Made by a program: the position numbers and the translations under genes
IMG/VR virus record: IMGVR_UViG_3300025141_000064
Strand: one strand, 5' to 3'
DNA length: 64,000 nucleotides
From: an uncultured virus (IMG/VR IMGVR_UViG_3300025141_000064)
Lineage: Duplodnaviria > Heunggongvirae > Uroviricota > Caudoviricetes
Notes under the pieces: generated by a model
Database searches by the model: none
Told to the model about the DNA's origin: nothing
The model's input: only the letters and a program-made list of their open reading frames with translations
Shown here: positions 53,987 through 62,997 of the stretch, piece by piece
How the letters are laid out: each line of letters opens with the position of its first letter
How positions within the stretch are numbered: position 1 is the stretch's first letter

Positions 53987-56218
53987 TTACAGTAATGGTC
54001 TATTTTTCTCTCTATCTCCTTCTGTCTTCGCCCTTCCTCTGGCGTTGACCGTATCAATCTGCGCCTTATTGTTAGCGTCCCTATCCTCAACCGCTTGTCT
54101 ACGCTCGACATCAGCAGCAGTCGCTTGAAACTCTGCCTCCATGTTTTGTTCTTGAGCCATGCCCGCGTTCTCTTGAGCCATCTGCTCTTGTTGAACCTTC
54201 GCCATCTCCCTCTCGGTAAGAACCTTTCGGTTATAGCTTTCTCTAACAGCAGCTTGAACATCGTCAACCTCCGCGCCACCATAGAATTTCTGAAACGCCT
54301 CTGGGTCGATTATCTGATTTCCAAGTAGAGCAACAAGTGTTTGTTGGTTGTAAATTCTGATCTCATCATCTGGCGCAGTACGCTTGATGAATACACGGAA
54401 CTCTTCGAGCATCATGTTTTTAGTGATGATTATATCCTGTGCATATTCATCTCCAACGATAGAAGCCAACCGTTTTTTACTTTCCGCGTAAATCTGTTTT
54501 CCCTGCTTTGCCATCGACTGCGCGGCACTAAGAAGAACATCTGAAACAGCAAAGTAGAACGGCTCCTGCATTACTGTACCCCTATTTATCATAGCGTTGG
54601 TAACTCCTACCGCTTCACGCTTTCCGCCCTGCGTTCCCTGCATGGCTTCATTTACTCCACTTACATTCTGTATGATGCTACGCATCTGTCCCACAATACC
54701 GAATAGCGCATCGGCTGAACGCCCCATTGTCATATCGTATGTGCCGACTGAATTGGACATATTCCCCTTCGCGTTGACGAATATCGGCTTGGATTGGTTC
54801 ATGTTCTTCAACACTTCCTCTTCTCCGCCTTGAGTGTCAATCATGTGTTTGTCAAGAATAGTACCTGCCCCTCTTGAGTTATTCACCTGTTGCTCGGCAA
54901 CTGATAGCACTCTATTCAAGAAGCGCTGTGGAGAAATCACATCTTCAACTGGGCTAAGTATCTCTCCATGATGGTACGCCCATGTGCGTATCTTATATGG
55001 TGGCTCAACATTCGAGATGTCAAGCATGTTCCTTTCTTGGTATGGCAACTCTCCATATCCAAGACAAATATCTTCTCGTTCCCCATCTCCGCCTGTAAGT
55101 TCTGATGGAACAAACGCCACATACCTAAGTAGGTCAACGTAGATTTTCTTGGTTCTTTTTCCTTTCAACTTTGCAACCCTCTTTGGGTCGTTCGGCATAA
55201 TAACGTCATTCATGTTGTACTCCCCTTCTGGGTCGTCAACTCTGGCGAAGCACTCGTACCCATACTTATCCAGTACCCATCCATATTCGTGGAGGTCGCT
55301 GTCTCGCCAGCAGAGTTCAAATACTGGAACCCTTCCTTCCTCTACCCCTACAACATCAAAGTATTCTCCGTTCGTCTGACCAAAGGATATTGGGTTGTTG
55401 GAGTAATCTTCTAAGGTTTGTAACTCGGATGTGCTGTTGTGTTGGAACCTTTCGTATAATTCCGTAGCCATATAGTTGTGGTACTCCCCCCAATACTGGC
55501 TATCTGAAAGGTCTGGTTTTTTTGCTGTCGGGTCGAAGATGAAACGCATTGGGTCAACGATGTCCCACTTCTGATGCCCATTCTGCTCGTACCCTTTTAA
55601 TATGGCAATGCCAGAAAGCGCAAGGTGTTTCGCAATCTCTGGTTTTAACTTATCAATCTCATTATTATCCCAAATAAACTTCACCAACCTATTGATGGCT
55701 CGCTCATACTTATCGTAATAGAACGTGTTGAAGTTCTCGTCTGTCTCATTCTGGTCATCCCCTATAAGTGGGTTGTCTTCTTTGATCTGCGCGTTCAATG
55801 GAGTTCCTTCTGTGGCTCGCGCTACGGTGTCCCAGAATTTCAGGTTCTTGAGTTCTTCTTCCCTTCGTGTTGCCGCTCCCTCACTAACACTCATCGCTTT
55901 CGCGTTGAAGTCCATGTTTATAGCGGTTCCCACATATTGCTCAACCATCGGGCGCACAAGGTTCTCCACGAATTTGATACGGTTCTTCACATCACCACTC
56001 TCATCCATAAGGAACGCCTCAAGGTCTTCATCGAATATCCATTGGTTCCCTTTATAGAAATGCCAGTTGACAAGGCTTTTTATCTGAAACAACTTATGCT
56101 TGTCGGAATTGATACCGTTCAATATCCAGCGACCATGCTTGATGTGATAGTCTTTGTCCTTTTGTTTGGCAGGGACTAACCTGTTAGGTCTGTTGGGTTC
56201 GGTTACAAAACTGCTCAT
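53987..56218 (-). CDS. Portal protein (podovirus type)
   Basis: FYKGNQW, NLVRPMVEQYVG, DP....L.D..Y, SPQRFLN, SGVNEAMQG motifs; C-terminal coiled coil. Confidence 0.88.
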   Translation of the reverse strand: MSSFVTEPNRPNRLVPAKQKDKDYHIKHGRWILNGINSDKHKLFQIKSLVNWHFYKGNQWIFDEDLEAFLMDESGDVKNRIKFVENLVRPMVEQYVGTAINMDFNAKAMSVSEGAATRREEELKNLKFWDTVARATEGTPLNAQIKEDNPLIGDDQNETDENFNTFYYDKYERAINRLVKFIWDNNEIDKLKPEIAKHLALSGIAILKGYEQNGHQKWDIVDPMRFIFDPTAKKPDLSDSQYWGEYHNYMATELYERFQHNSTSELQTLEDYSNNPISFGQTNGEYFDVVGVEEGRVPVFELCWRDSDLHEYGWVLDKYGYECFARVDDPEGEYNMNDVIMPNDPKRVAKLKGKRTKKIYVDLLRYVAFVPSELTGGDGEREDICLGYGELPYQERNMLDISNVEPPYKIRTWAYHHGEILSPVEDVISPQRFLNRVLSVAEQQVNNSRGAGTILDKHMIDTQGGEEEVLKNMNQSKPIFVNAKGNMSNSVGTYDMTMGRSADALFGIVGQMRSIIQNVSGVNEAMQGTQGGKREAVGVTNAMINRGTVMQEPFYFAVSDVLLSAAQSMAKQGKQIYAESKKRLASIVGDEYAQDIIITKNMMLEEFRVFIKRTAPDDEIRIYNQQTLVALLGNQIIDPEAFQKFYGGAEVDDVQAAVRESYNRKVLTEREMAKVQQEQMAQENAGMAQEQNMEAEFQATAADVERRQAVEDRDANNKAQIDTVNARGRAKTEGDREKNRPLL

Positions 56219-56232
56219 GGTCTCAAATTTAC

Positions 56233-56790
56233 TTAATCTTCCTCATAAAGAACATCCATGATACGCTTGCTGCCCTCATCCTTCTTGCCAGAGAATTTCT
56301 TTTTCACTCCGAAACCTCCCTCAATCTGCGACACAAGACTTGGCATTTTCTCTATTACTTTCTGCGCCAGTCCAACGTAGTCTTCCTTTTCTGCCGTAGG
56401 CATCACTTTCACTTCGTCAACCCCAATAGAAGCTATTGCCTCATAATTGTTGAAAATCTTTTCCATTACGGTCTTTGCGCGGTTGCGCACCGTTGGATTG
56501 TATTGCGACATAACCTCTATTGCGACCTGCAATTTTGGCGGAAACCGCATACTGTAATAGTTATTTCTATCTTTTTCGGAAAGATATTTTTCACCATACG
56601 ACTTCTTGATACATTGCCGAACCTTCTCCATCTTGTTCTTGATACCGAAGAAGGGGCTTGTTCTATTTGCCCAGTACCACACGAACTTTAGGTCTTTCGC
56701 ATTGATCGCTACGAACTCTTCTACTTCCGCAAGTTCGGGGTGGTCAACACGCAGGTCTCCTTTCTGCGGCTCGAACAAGATAATATCCAT
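56233..56790 (-). CDS. Hypothetical protein (terminase small subunit candidate)
   Basis: 185 aa, helical, located in the packaging module; function is inference. Confidence 0.45.
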   Translation of the reverse strand: MDIILFEPQKGDLRVDHPELAEVEEFVAINAKDLKFVWYWANRTSPFFGIKNKMEKVRQCIKKSYGEKYLSEKDRNNYYSMRFPPKLQVAIEVMSQYNPTVRNRAKTVMEKIFNNYEAIASIGVDEVKVMPTAEKEDYVGLAQKVIEKMPSLVSQIEGGFGVKKKFSGKKDEGSKRIMDVLYEED

Positions 56791-56794
56791 GTGT

Positions 56795-56830
56795 CAAAAA
56801 TAAGAAAAGGGCGACATAGTGCCGCCCTTT
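56795..56830 (-). terminator. Terminator hairpin fused to a TATTTTTG promoter box
   Basis: GGGCGGC-ACTAT-GTCGCCC followed by TTTTCTTATTTTTG, 4 nt, then ATG. Confidence 0.75.
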
Positions 56831-56852
56831 GTTCTTAGTATAGTCAGAAGTC

Positions 56853-57599
56853 TTAGATGACTGCTGTGTACTCCTTGTGGTGTGCGACCGTAGTTGCAGT
56901 AACCTGTCCAACTACACCAGCAAATTCTGTCGCGAACAGCGCAATGCTATCGTCAACATACACCGTATGCTGATGGAGAACTGCACTATCCTTTCCGTTT
57001 GTGGTCAATGTGCTTCTTACGAGTAGGTCGAATTTGTTGTAAGTGGTTGCTGGGTTGTAGCCCGCCAAGTGTGCCGCGTCACCTGCTCCAACTGGAACAA
57101 CAGCATCGGTAATGGTGATACCCGTTCCAACCGCAAGGTTGTCGTTATTGGTCTCAACGAACACGTTATTGTAATCTGCGTTGTTGAAATCAATGTCCAG
57201 TACCTCCGCAACTGCTGGGTGAGAGTTCGGAGCGTCAAGGACGTAATCCGATACGTTGGCAAACAAGCCAACTTGCTGTACGAAAGCAGCAGCAATTTCG
57301 GTGTCAGTCGGTGCGCTGTCACCGTACACAACAAGAGAGGTCTCTGCCCCAGTAGTGGTGTTTCGGAAGGTGATCTTGACAGGAGAGTTGGCTGCGTATT
57401 CCAGCGCTCCGCTATCGTCAAGGTCGATAACAATTCGGGCAAATGAACCAGCAGCGTAAGTGGTTGCTGTTGCCGCGTCTACGTCTTTCCACTTCACCGA
57501 TATTGGTGTGTTGTCAAGAGCGAGAACGCCATTGACCACAGATAATTCTCCTGTAAGGTAGGCGTTCAGTAATGTTGTTGATTTTTGAATGACTTGCAT
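56853..57599 (-). CDS. Putative abundant structural (decoration/auxiliary capsid) protein
   Basis: Ala/Thr/Val-rich beta protein with its own promoter box (TACATTTG 57636-57643) and terminator. Confidence 0.55.
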   Translation of the reverse strand: MQVIQKSTTLLNAYLTGELSVVNGVLALDNTPISVKWKDVDAATATTYAAGSFARIVIDLDDSGALEYAANSPVKITFRNTTTGAETSLVVYGDSAPTDTEIAAAFVQQVGLFANVSDYVLDAPNSHPAVAEVLDIDFNNADYNNVFVETNNDNLAVGTGITITDAVVPVGAGDAAHLAGYNPATTYNKFDLLVRSTLTTNGKDSAVLHQHTVYVDDSIALFATEFAGVVGQVTATTVAHHKEYTAVI

Positions 57600-57647
57600 G
57601 ATAATGTTTTTTTTTTGGGTTTGTACTATATGCGTCAAATGTAATGA

Positions 57648-59903
57648 TTATCGTAATACCTTTTTCATCTTCATCTCAAAGTTGTCGTCCATTATCATTT
57701 TGTAACGGGTCTTCTTCTCGCCTGAATTTGCATGTGGTAGGTTGGGGTGCTTATGGTCAAACGCCATTCGGCAGATGTAGCCATACACCACCGCGTCAAT
57801 AAGGTCATCATCATACAGCTTCCCGTCCTCTGGTTCCCATCTGGTCTTTCCGCTCGGTAGTGTTTTCTCGGAGAATGTTTTAAGCTGAACCCAGAACTCA
57901 TCGAACTGTATCTTATGCCCGAGACCATCAATCATCTCAATCAGCTTGTCAATTATCTTCCCAGAGGTATTGGCTCTTTTGTTTATTCCTGTGGATGCTC
58001 CACTTGGGGTTTGTAGGTATAGGGGTAGTTGGTAGTTGCTGACAAGCGTTCCCCAAAACCCCTTGTAATCAATGTAATCAATCAGACCACTACCGATGTT
58101 GCTCTCAACCAGATGTGGACATTGACCATAATATAGGTTCATAAGAAGGGTCTGCAAATAACACAACCTATAATTGGGAACCCTATAATTGAACGCGCAT
58201 ACGGGCGCGTGATAGTGTTCGTCCCATATTGTTGAAGCCATCTTTGATAGCCCAGTTTCGGTGAATATCGGGTCAGTACCCTGATAGTACCTGTCTGTCC
58301 ATTTCAATCTCGGATGGTCGAGAAGCACCACACATGCCCTATCATCGTCATCTTTGGTTGGAATGAAATTGGCTCCTATCACCTTGAAAGGCACATCGGA
58401 TGCCTCTGGTTGTTCAACCTCATAATCATAGATAGGTTCAAAGAAACCTTTTTGTGGCGGCTTGGCTTTGTATAATTTGTAGCACCTGTCCAAATGTTCG
58501 TTGATCTGTGCGATAGGAATGATCGTCCTGTGGTTACGCAGGAACATATCCTCAATGGTAACAGGATAGTGCTGGTGAAATTGAAGCTTCTTACGCTCTG
58601 CTTCAACTCCTTTCTTACCGTAGTAGTATTCCTTTTCTCTCTCGAAGAACTCTTTTGTTACGGATGGTTTTGAGAACGCATCAAGGAAAATCGGCAGCAC
58701 ACCGTAGTTGAAGTTCCTTTTCTTCCATGCTTCCATACATGCGCGGAACTCTGTTTCAAATGCAGCACCACCCTTATCGAGATTACCACCTGTTCCCCAC
58801 ATCACAAGCTGGCGAACCATTCTCATTTTCTGGGTCTTGGCATCAACGATGAACATTGTAGGACGACCCTCATTGGTCATCTCACCGAGAATACCGATTT
58901 GTCCGACCTCATCAACCAGTACCTTATTCGGAGTACCACCGTTAATTGCTGTAACGTATGGTGCTTCAACCACGCATTTACTATCAATGGCGCGACCCTC
59001 ACCCTTCTTCTGCTTATACATGAAGCGGAGTAGTCGGTCTCTGTCGTTTGCTACTGTTGGACGGAATACATCAGGAAGCGCGTAGAAAGCGAACCGTATC
59101 TTATCATTGAATATCTCTTCACCTTTAAGAGCGTTCTCGGTGATGAACTTCATAAAATAGTTAGGGTGACAGATGAGGTCTCTTACAGTAAGACCACCCA
59201 TAGTTGTGGTAAGTCCGACCTGCCTTAACTTTCCCAGTAGTATCGAGAAACCGCAGTCAATCAACCAACAGACAAAGGCTTGACAGTCCCACGCCTCATA
59301 ATCTCTGTGACCACCTGCTACCTCACCCTCTTTCAGTTCGAGATACTTATTACAGAAATAAAGCCCATTTATCTTGAAGCGTCTCCGCTCCATCCTAACG
59401 AACTCATATATCTCATCATAACCTTCACAATCAGCGAGTGTTTGTCCCTCTGCTATCCAATCAGCCGATTGCTGCTTATACAGGTCGTATTGTTTGTTTT
59501 CAATCCTATGAGAGAACCCGATAAGGATGCTATCAATAAGCCGTATGAAATCTTCGTTGGGTTCGAGAACGTTCCCGTTATGTGGTAGCCAGTCCTCTTT
59601 GGTTATTTCTTTCCCCCCTTGATACTTCTTAACAATCTCATCATGGTCTTCTTCATCCATGACCACATCGGCTGGTGCGTGGTCTTCATCGACAACATCA
59701 ACTCTTTGGTCGATGAACGCTTCGGTAGGATGTTTAACCGCCTGATTACGAGTATAAGTGCTTTTGTTATCGTAGAAGTGGGGGACTTCCTCGTCAGAAA
59801 GTATGCCAGAAGAATTAAGTAGACCAACGTTAGCATGACCTATCTCAATCCCGTCTTTGTGTAGTTCGTATAGGAACCATAAATGTCTATCCTTCTTGCT
59901 CAT
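57648..59903 (-). CDS. terL: Terminase large subunit
   Basis: KLRQVGLTT Walker A, VLVDEVG Walker B, GTGG motif III, GTDP and DDLIDA nuclease acidic residues. Confidence 0.9.
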   Translation of the reverse strand: MSKKDRHLWFLYELHKDGIEIGHANVGLLNSSGILSDEEVPHFYDNKSTYTRNQAVKHPTEAFIDQRVDVVDEDHAPADVVMDEEDHDEIVKKYQGGKEITKEDWLPHNGNVLEPNEDFIRLIDSILIGFSHRIENKQYDLYKQQSADWIAEGQTLADCEGYDEIYEFVRMERRRFKINGLYFCNKYLELKEGEVAGGHRDYEAWDCQAFVCWLIDCGFSILLGKLRQVGLTTTMGGLTVRDLICHPNYFMKFITENALKGEEIFNDKIRFAFYALPDVFRPTVANDRDRLLRFMYKQKKGEGRAIDSKCVVEAPYVTAINGGTPNKVLVDEVGQIGILGEMTNEGRPTMFIVDAKTQKMRMVRQLVMWGTGGNLDKGGAAFETEFRACMEAWKKRNFNYGVLPIFLDAFSKPSVTKEFFEREKEYYYGKKGVEAERKKLQFHQHYPVTIEDMFLRNHRTIIPIAQINEHLDRCYKLYKAKPPQKGFFEPIYDYEVEQPEASDVPFKVIGANFIPTKDDDDRACVVLLDHPRLKWTDRYYQGTDPIFTETGLSKMASTIWDEHYHAPVCAFNYRVPNYRLCYLQTLLMNLYYGQCPHLVESNIGSGLIDYIDYKGFWGTLVSNYQLPLYLQTPSGASTGINKRANTSGKIIDKLIEMIDGLGHKIQFDEFWVQLKTFSEKTLPSGKTRWEPEDGKLYDDDLIDAVVYGYICRMAFDHKHPNLPHANSGEKKTRYKMIMDDNFEMKMKKVLR

Positions 59904-60171
59904 ATTTCTTCCACTTTCCTTCGGGACATTCTTCAAGGGATAGACGGGTCTTGGCTTTCAGAAAGCACGTACACGACCTACATCTATGCCCCTCTGGCTG
60001 GAACTTCTCACATTCATTGCTAACGCAGATGGCTAACCTTTCCTCGAAAACTTCCTGTGGAACGAACTGTTTGTTCGCTATTTGCTTGGCTACTCTTGGC
60101 GCAGCCCTTACTCCTTCCTTAATTGTCTTCCAATTAGATATGGTTGGTTTGTTTTCAGTACATCCACACAT
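59887..60171 (-). CDS. DUF6171-like small Cys-rich protein
   Basis: RLAIC...C......CRSCTCFLKAKT.....CP.GKW; start at MCGC just after a promoter box. Confidence 0.7.
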   Translation of the reverse strand: MCGCTENKPTISNWKTIKEGVRAAPRVAKQIANKQFVPQEVFEERLAICVSNECEKFQPEGHRCRSCTCFLKAKTRLSLEECPEGKWKKYEQEG

Positions 60172-60443
60172 GAAGCAAATATAGCTATTGTTGTGGTTGC
60201 TTTTGTTAGATTGGAGGTTGAGGGAGGTCAGCACAAGCAAGTCGCCCCCTACCCCCAGCAAGGAACGATATGCCTGACCAGTTGCTTCCGTTGAGTTGTC
60301 GGTATCGGTTTGGTTGATGTCGGGTAGCAAGTCGTGAAAGCCCATCTACATCATTTAACAGCGTTGAGTGATTACTAAAGAACCACATGCTTTTGCTCGG
60401 CTCTACTGTTTTTATTTAGCTTGGGTTAGAACAGTTACCCAAC

Positions 60444-60487
60444 AAAAAACCCCAGATGGCGACTTGCTTACGGCTACCAGTCTGGGG
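60444..60487 (-). terminator. Long hairpin plus U6 (minus strand)
   Basis: CCCCAGA...TCTGGGG followed by TTTTTTG. Confidence 0.65.
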
Positions 60488-60543
60488 TCTATGAGGTCGG
60501 ATGACCAAATTTCTTTTGCCGCAAGCGGCAGTAAAACTACAAC

Positions 60544-60584
60544 AAAAAAAGGAACCACTTGAGAGGTCAGAAACAAGCGGCTCC
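60544..60584 (-). terminator. 11-bp hairpin (with G-U pairs) plus U7 (minus strand)
   Basis: GGAGCCGCTTG...CAAGTGGTTCC followed by TTTTTTT. Confidence 0.7.
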
Positions 60585-60705
60585 AATTTTCGGGCGGTCT
60601 TGCGACTACCCTTGAGGTTGCGCGACAAAGGTACAAACGGGATTATAGTTATTTTCTTTTGGTTTTAGAGTTTTTCCACATACCTTTGACGCGGTTGTTA
60701 ATAAA

Positions 60706-61005
60706 ATGAGGCCTTACACACTAACATACCTAAAGCACTTCGGCTATTCTGTTGACCAACAGGAGTACATGCCATGTGAAATTTGTAGTAATCCGTCAGT
60801 TGACGTACACCACATAGAAGCCAAGAAGATGGGAGGCTCCAAGTTATTGGACTACATCGAAAACCTAATGGGCTTGTGTCGGGTGTGCCACGATGATTGC
60901 CACGCAGAAGTGTTCAGTATCGAGTGGTTGAAAAAGACCCATGTTGAGTTTCTAACTTATTTCAAAGAACATGGACGGTGCAGAATACAAAATCTACGAG
61001 CGTGA
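60706..61005 (+). CDS. HNH endonuclease
   Basis: CEIC...DVHHI...NLMGLCRVCH...H. Confidence 0.88.
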   Translation: MRPYTLTYLKHFGYSVDQQEYMPCEICSNPSVDVHHIEAKKMGGSKLLDYIENLMGLCRVCHDDCHAEVFSIEWLKKTHVEFLTYFKEHGRCRIQNLRA

Positions 61006-61384
61006 TGTGCGCGGAGGTCTCCGCGCTATCAACGAATACGAAGACATGGTGGAAGCTGCTGTCGCGTATGAGAAACACAAAGCTGTTCTAAATAACGAAA
61101 CAATCTTAATGAGATCAGTAGCAGACGAAGAAGGAGAAATTATAGCGGTCAAAAAGCAAGAGACGGCAAGCCTCGAATATATCGAAGGGTTGATGAAACA
61201 GGCTGGGCTGGCAAAGGAAGATGTCAAGCATCTTATGACGGTGGTGAAGATGTATAAATATAAAAAGTGTGACGAGTTCCGCGCCACCGCAAAGCTATAT
61301 GCCGAGCGATACATTAACTTGGGCGACACGAAAATGAACACACTACAATCACAATTAGACTTATTACCTCACCCACAGGACTGA
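60971..61384 (+). CDS. Hypothetical protein
   Basis: 137-aa ORF overlapping the HNH gene end. Confidence 0.6.
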   Translation: MDGAEYKIYERDVRGGLRAINEYEDMVEAAVAYEKHKAVLNNETILMRSVADEEGEIIAVKKQETASLEYIEGLMKQAGLAKEDVKHLMTVVKMYKYKKCDEFRATAKLYAERYINLGDTKMNTLQSQLDLLPHPQD

Positions 61385-61385
61385 T

Positions 61386-61517
61386 ATGAAATACGGACAT
61401 TCAAAAGAAGCATTGGAGAACGGACGGAAGCTGAAACTTTACATGAAGAGAGCCTTCTACATTATGAACGCGGTATCTGCGATACTTGTATATCTACTGT
61501 ACTATGCTGCTAAATGA
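61386..61517 (+). CDS. Small membrane protein (43 aa, not in the ORF track)
   Basis: MKYGHSKE...FYIMNAVSAILVYLLYYAAK; fills the gap exactly. Confidence 0.55.
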   Translation: MKYGHSKEALENGRKLKLYMKRAFYIMNAVSAILVYLLYYAAK

Positions 61518-61824
61518 TTTTCTAAAAGGAGAGATGAGGGTCGCCTTGCGTGCGCGCTTCAATGAGTTGAGAGAGAAACAAAAAGAAAGCGGAGAACGGG
61601 TCGATTGGCTTGAAGAGTATGCCCAAGCCAGTATTCCCTGCATACGCAGACTTCTGATTAAAAAGGAGTTGGAGAACACCGCTATTGAATTAGGCTTCCA
61701 TGATGAGAAGCTAATGTACTCCGCGATTATGTCTAAAGAGATGCTGGACTTCATTCTTGAATGGAGAAAGGTTTTGATGGATAGAATGGAGATGTTGAAT
61801 AATGAATACCTAAACTGGAAATAA
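61504..61824 (+). CDS. Hypothetical protein
   Basis: ATG at 61504 within ORF 61486-61824. Confidence 0.55.
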   Translation: MLLNDFLKGEMRVALRARFNELREKQKESGERVDWLEEYAQASIPCIRRLLIKKELENTAIELGFHDEKLMYSAIMSKEMLDFILEWRKVLMDRMEMLNNEYLNWK

Positions 61825-61826
61825 AT

Positions 61827-61877
61827 AAACCTTTTTCTATAAAAGGTTTGGCGGTTTCTATAATAGTAGTACATTTG
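61827..61877 (+). promoter_or_regulatory. Promoter TTTG-N19-TACATTTG with an inverted repeat overlapping the -33 box
   Basis: TTTG 61847-61850, TACATTTG 61870-61877; AAACCTTTT/AAAAGGTTT at 61827-61849. Confidence 0.72.
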
Positions 61878-61896
61878 TCGGGCAAAGAGGTACAAG

Positions 61897-62379
61897 ATGG
61901 AAGGTTGCACAACAATACCCTTAACGAGTAAAGAAGTCACACCAACGGTTCGTTTTCTAAAAGCGGTTGCTGATGAGGCTCAATACCTATTGTTGTCGCA
62001 CGATGTGTTCAATGGAGACCTTGCAGGTTCTATGCAATTCGCGATTATTCATGGGGGCATGACAGGCATTGTTGCTAAAGTGGATGGTGGGGTTGTCGGA
62101 AACTGTATAGTGTCGAGAGAAGGGTTAGAGGCGAGCCAACACGTTGGGAACGTAATGGTAGCTGTGAGAGAGGATTTGAGGGGGTTGGGTATTGGGGGGC
62201 GCATGGTAGAAGAGGCGATGAAACTGTCTCCGTGTGAGTTATTCGTGGCAGAATGTTTCGCGGAGAATGTGACTTCCATCTTCCTCTTTGCTTCATTAGG
62301 ATATAAGCAACGGGGAGAGATGCCCAAATTCATTTACAAGGATAAACAATTTCACACTAAAATAATTCTATCAACATGA
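61897..62379 (+). CDS. GNAT-family acetyltransferase
   Basis: V..D.RGLGIG acetyl-CoA motif, N..SI.LF.SLGY. Confidence 0.85.
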   Translation: MEGCTTIPLTSKEVTPTVRFLKAVADEAQYLLLSHDVFNGDLAGSMQFAIIHGGMTGIVAKVDGGVVGNCIVSREGLEASQHVGNVMVAVREDLRGLGIGGRMVEEAMKLSPCELFVAECFAENVTSIFLFASLGYKQRGEMPKFIYKDKQFHTKIILST

Positions 62380-62696
62380 GCGAAACTCGCACAGGAGAAA
62401 TCCTAAAGATTGAGGAAACCAAGAAGTTCAGTAGTGGTTTTCAGAAAAGAACATTCATTCTCAAGACGAATGAGAGATACCCCCAAGAACTACCGTTTGA
62501 TCTAATCAAAGATGATTGCGACAAGCTGGATGAGTTCAATATGGGCGACACGGTGGAAGCACATTTCAACCTACGTGGGAACGAGAACAACGGCAGATGG
62601 TTTGTTGATCTTACTTGCTGGAAGCTAAAACCATCAGACGGTACGACTGCCGAACCATCGAGCAGCGAACTTGATGACGATGACGACCTTTATTAA
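62376..62696 (+). CDS. DUF3127-family single-stranded DNA-binding protein
   Basis: FQKR.F......YPQ...F.L..D, FNLRG.E.NGRWF..L.CWK, acidic tail. Confidence 0.85.
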   Translation: MSETRTGEILKIEETKKFSSGFQKRTFILKTNERYPQELPFDLIKDDCDKLDEFNMGDTVEAHFNLRGNENNGRWFVDLTCWKLKPSDGTTAEPSSSELDDDDDLY

Positions 62697-62718
62697 CCAA
62701 CTCTCTTAATTAAATAAC

Positions 62719-62997
62719 ATGGAATATCTTTTAATAGCAGGAACAGCAGTAATTTTCGGACTACTCATAAATATGGTAAGGATGGAAAAAGCCAAGAGGC
62801 GCGACCTTGAGGGGCAGATAGTAAGCCTTGGACAACAGAGAGCCAAGCATGATGCGGATTTAGATAAGAAGCAGACGGAGGTTGATGCGTTGGCGGTGCG
62901 TTGCAACAAGCAAGCTGGTATTCTCGGCAAGGCTATGATTAGAAACAGCAAAGGACAAATGCAGAAGTTTGCCGAAGCATATCCACAGGGAGCATGA
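62719..62997 (+). CDS. Membrane-anchored coiled-coil protein
   Basis: N-terminal TM segment. Confidence 0.6.
   Translation: MEYLLIAGTAVIFGLLINMVRMEKAKRRDLEGQIVSLGQQRAKHDADLDKKQTEVDALAVRCNKQAGILGKAMIRNSKGQMQKFAEAYPQGA

Larger units (their letters stand above)
60184..60690. promoter_or_regulatory. Non-coding control region with divergent TACCTTTG promoter boxes (60626-60633 minus; 60681-60688 plus) and several hairpins
   Basis: Switch point between the minus-strand virion arm and the plus-strand arm; the + promoter has TTTG-N19-TACCTTTG. Confidence 0.7.

Noticed and set aside
60172..60345. N-terminal extension of ORF 59887-60345
   Set aside because: A promoter box at 60176-60183 and the domain start support ATG 60171; the upstream part looks non-coding
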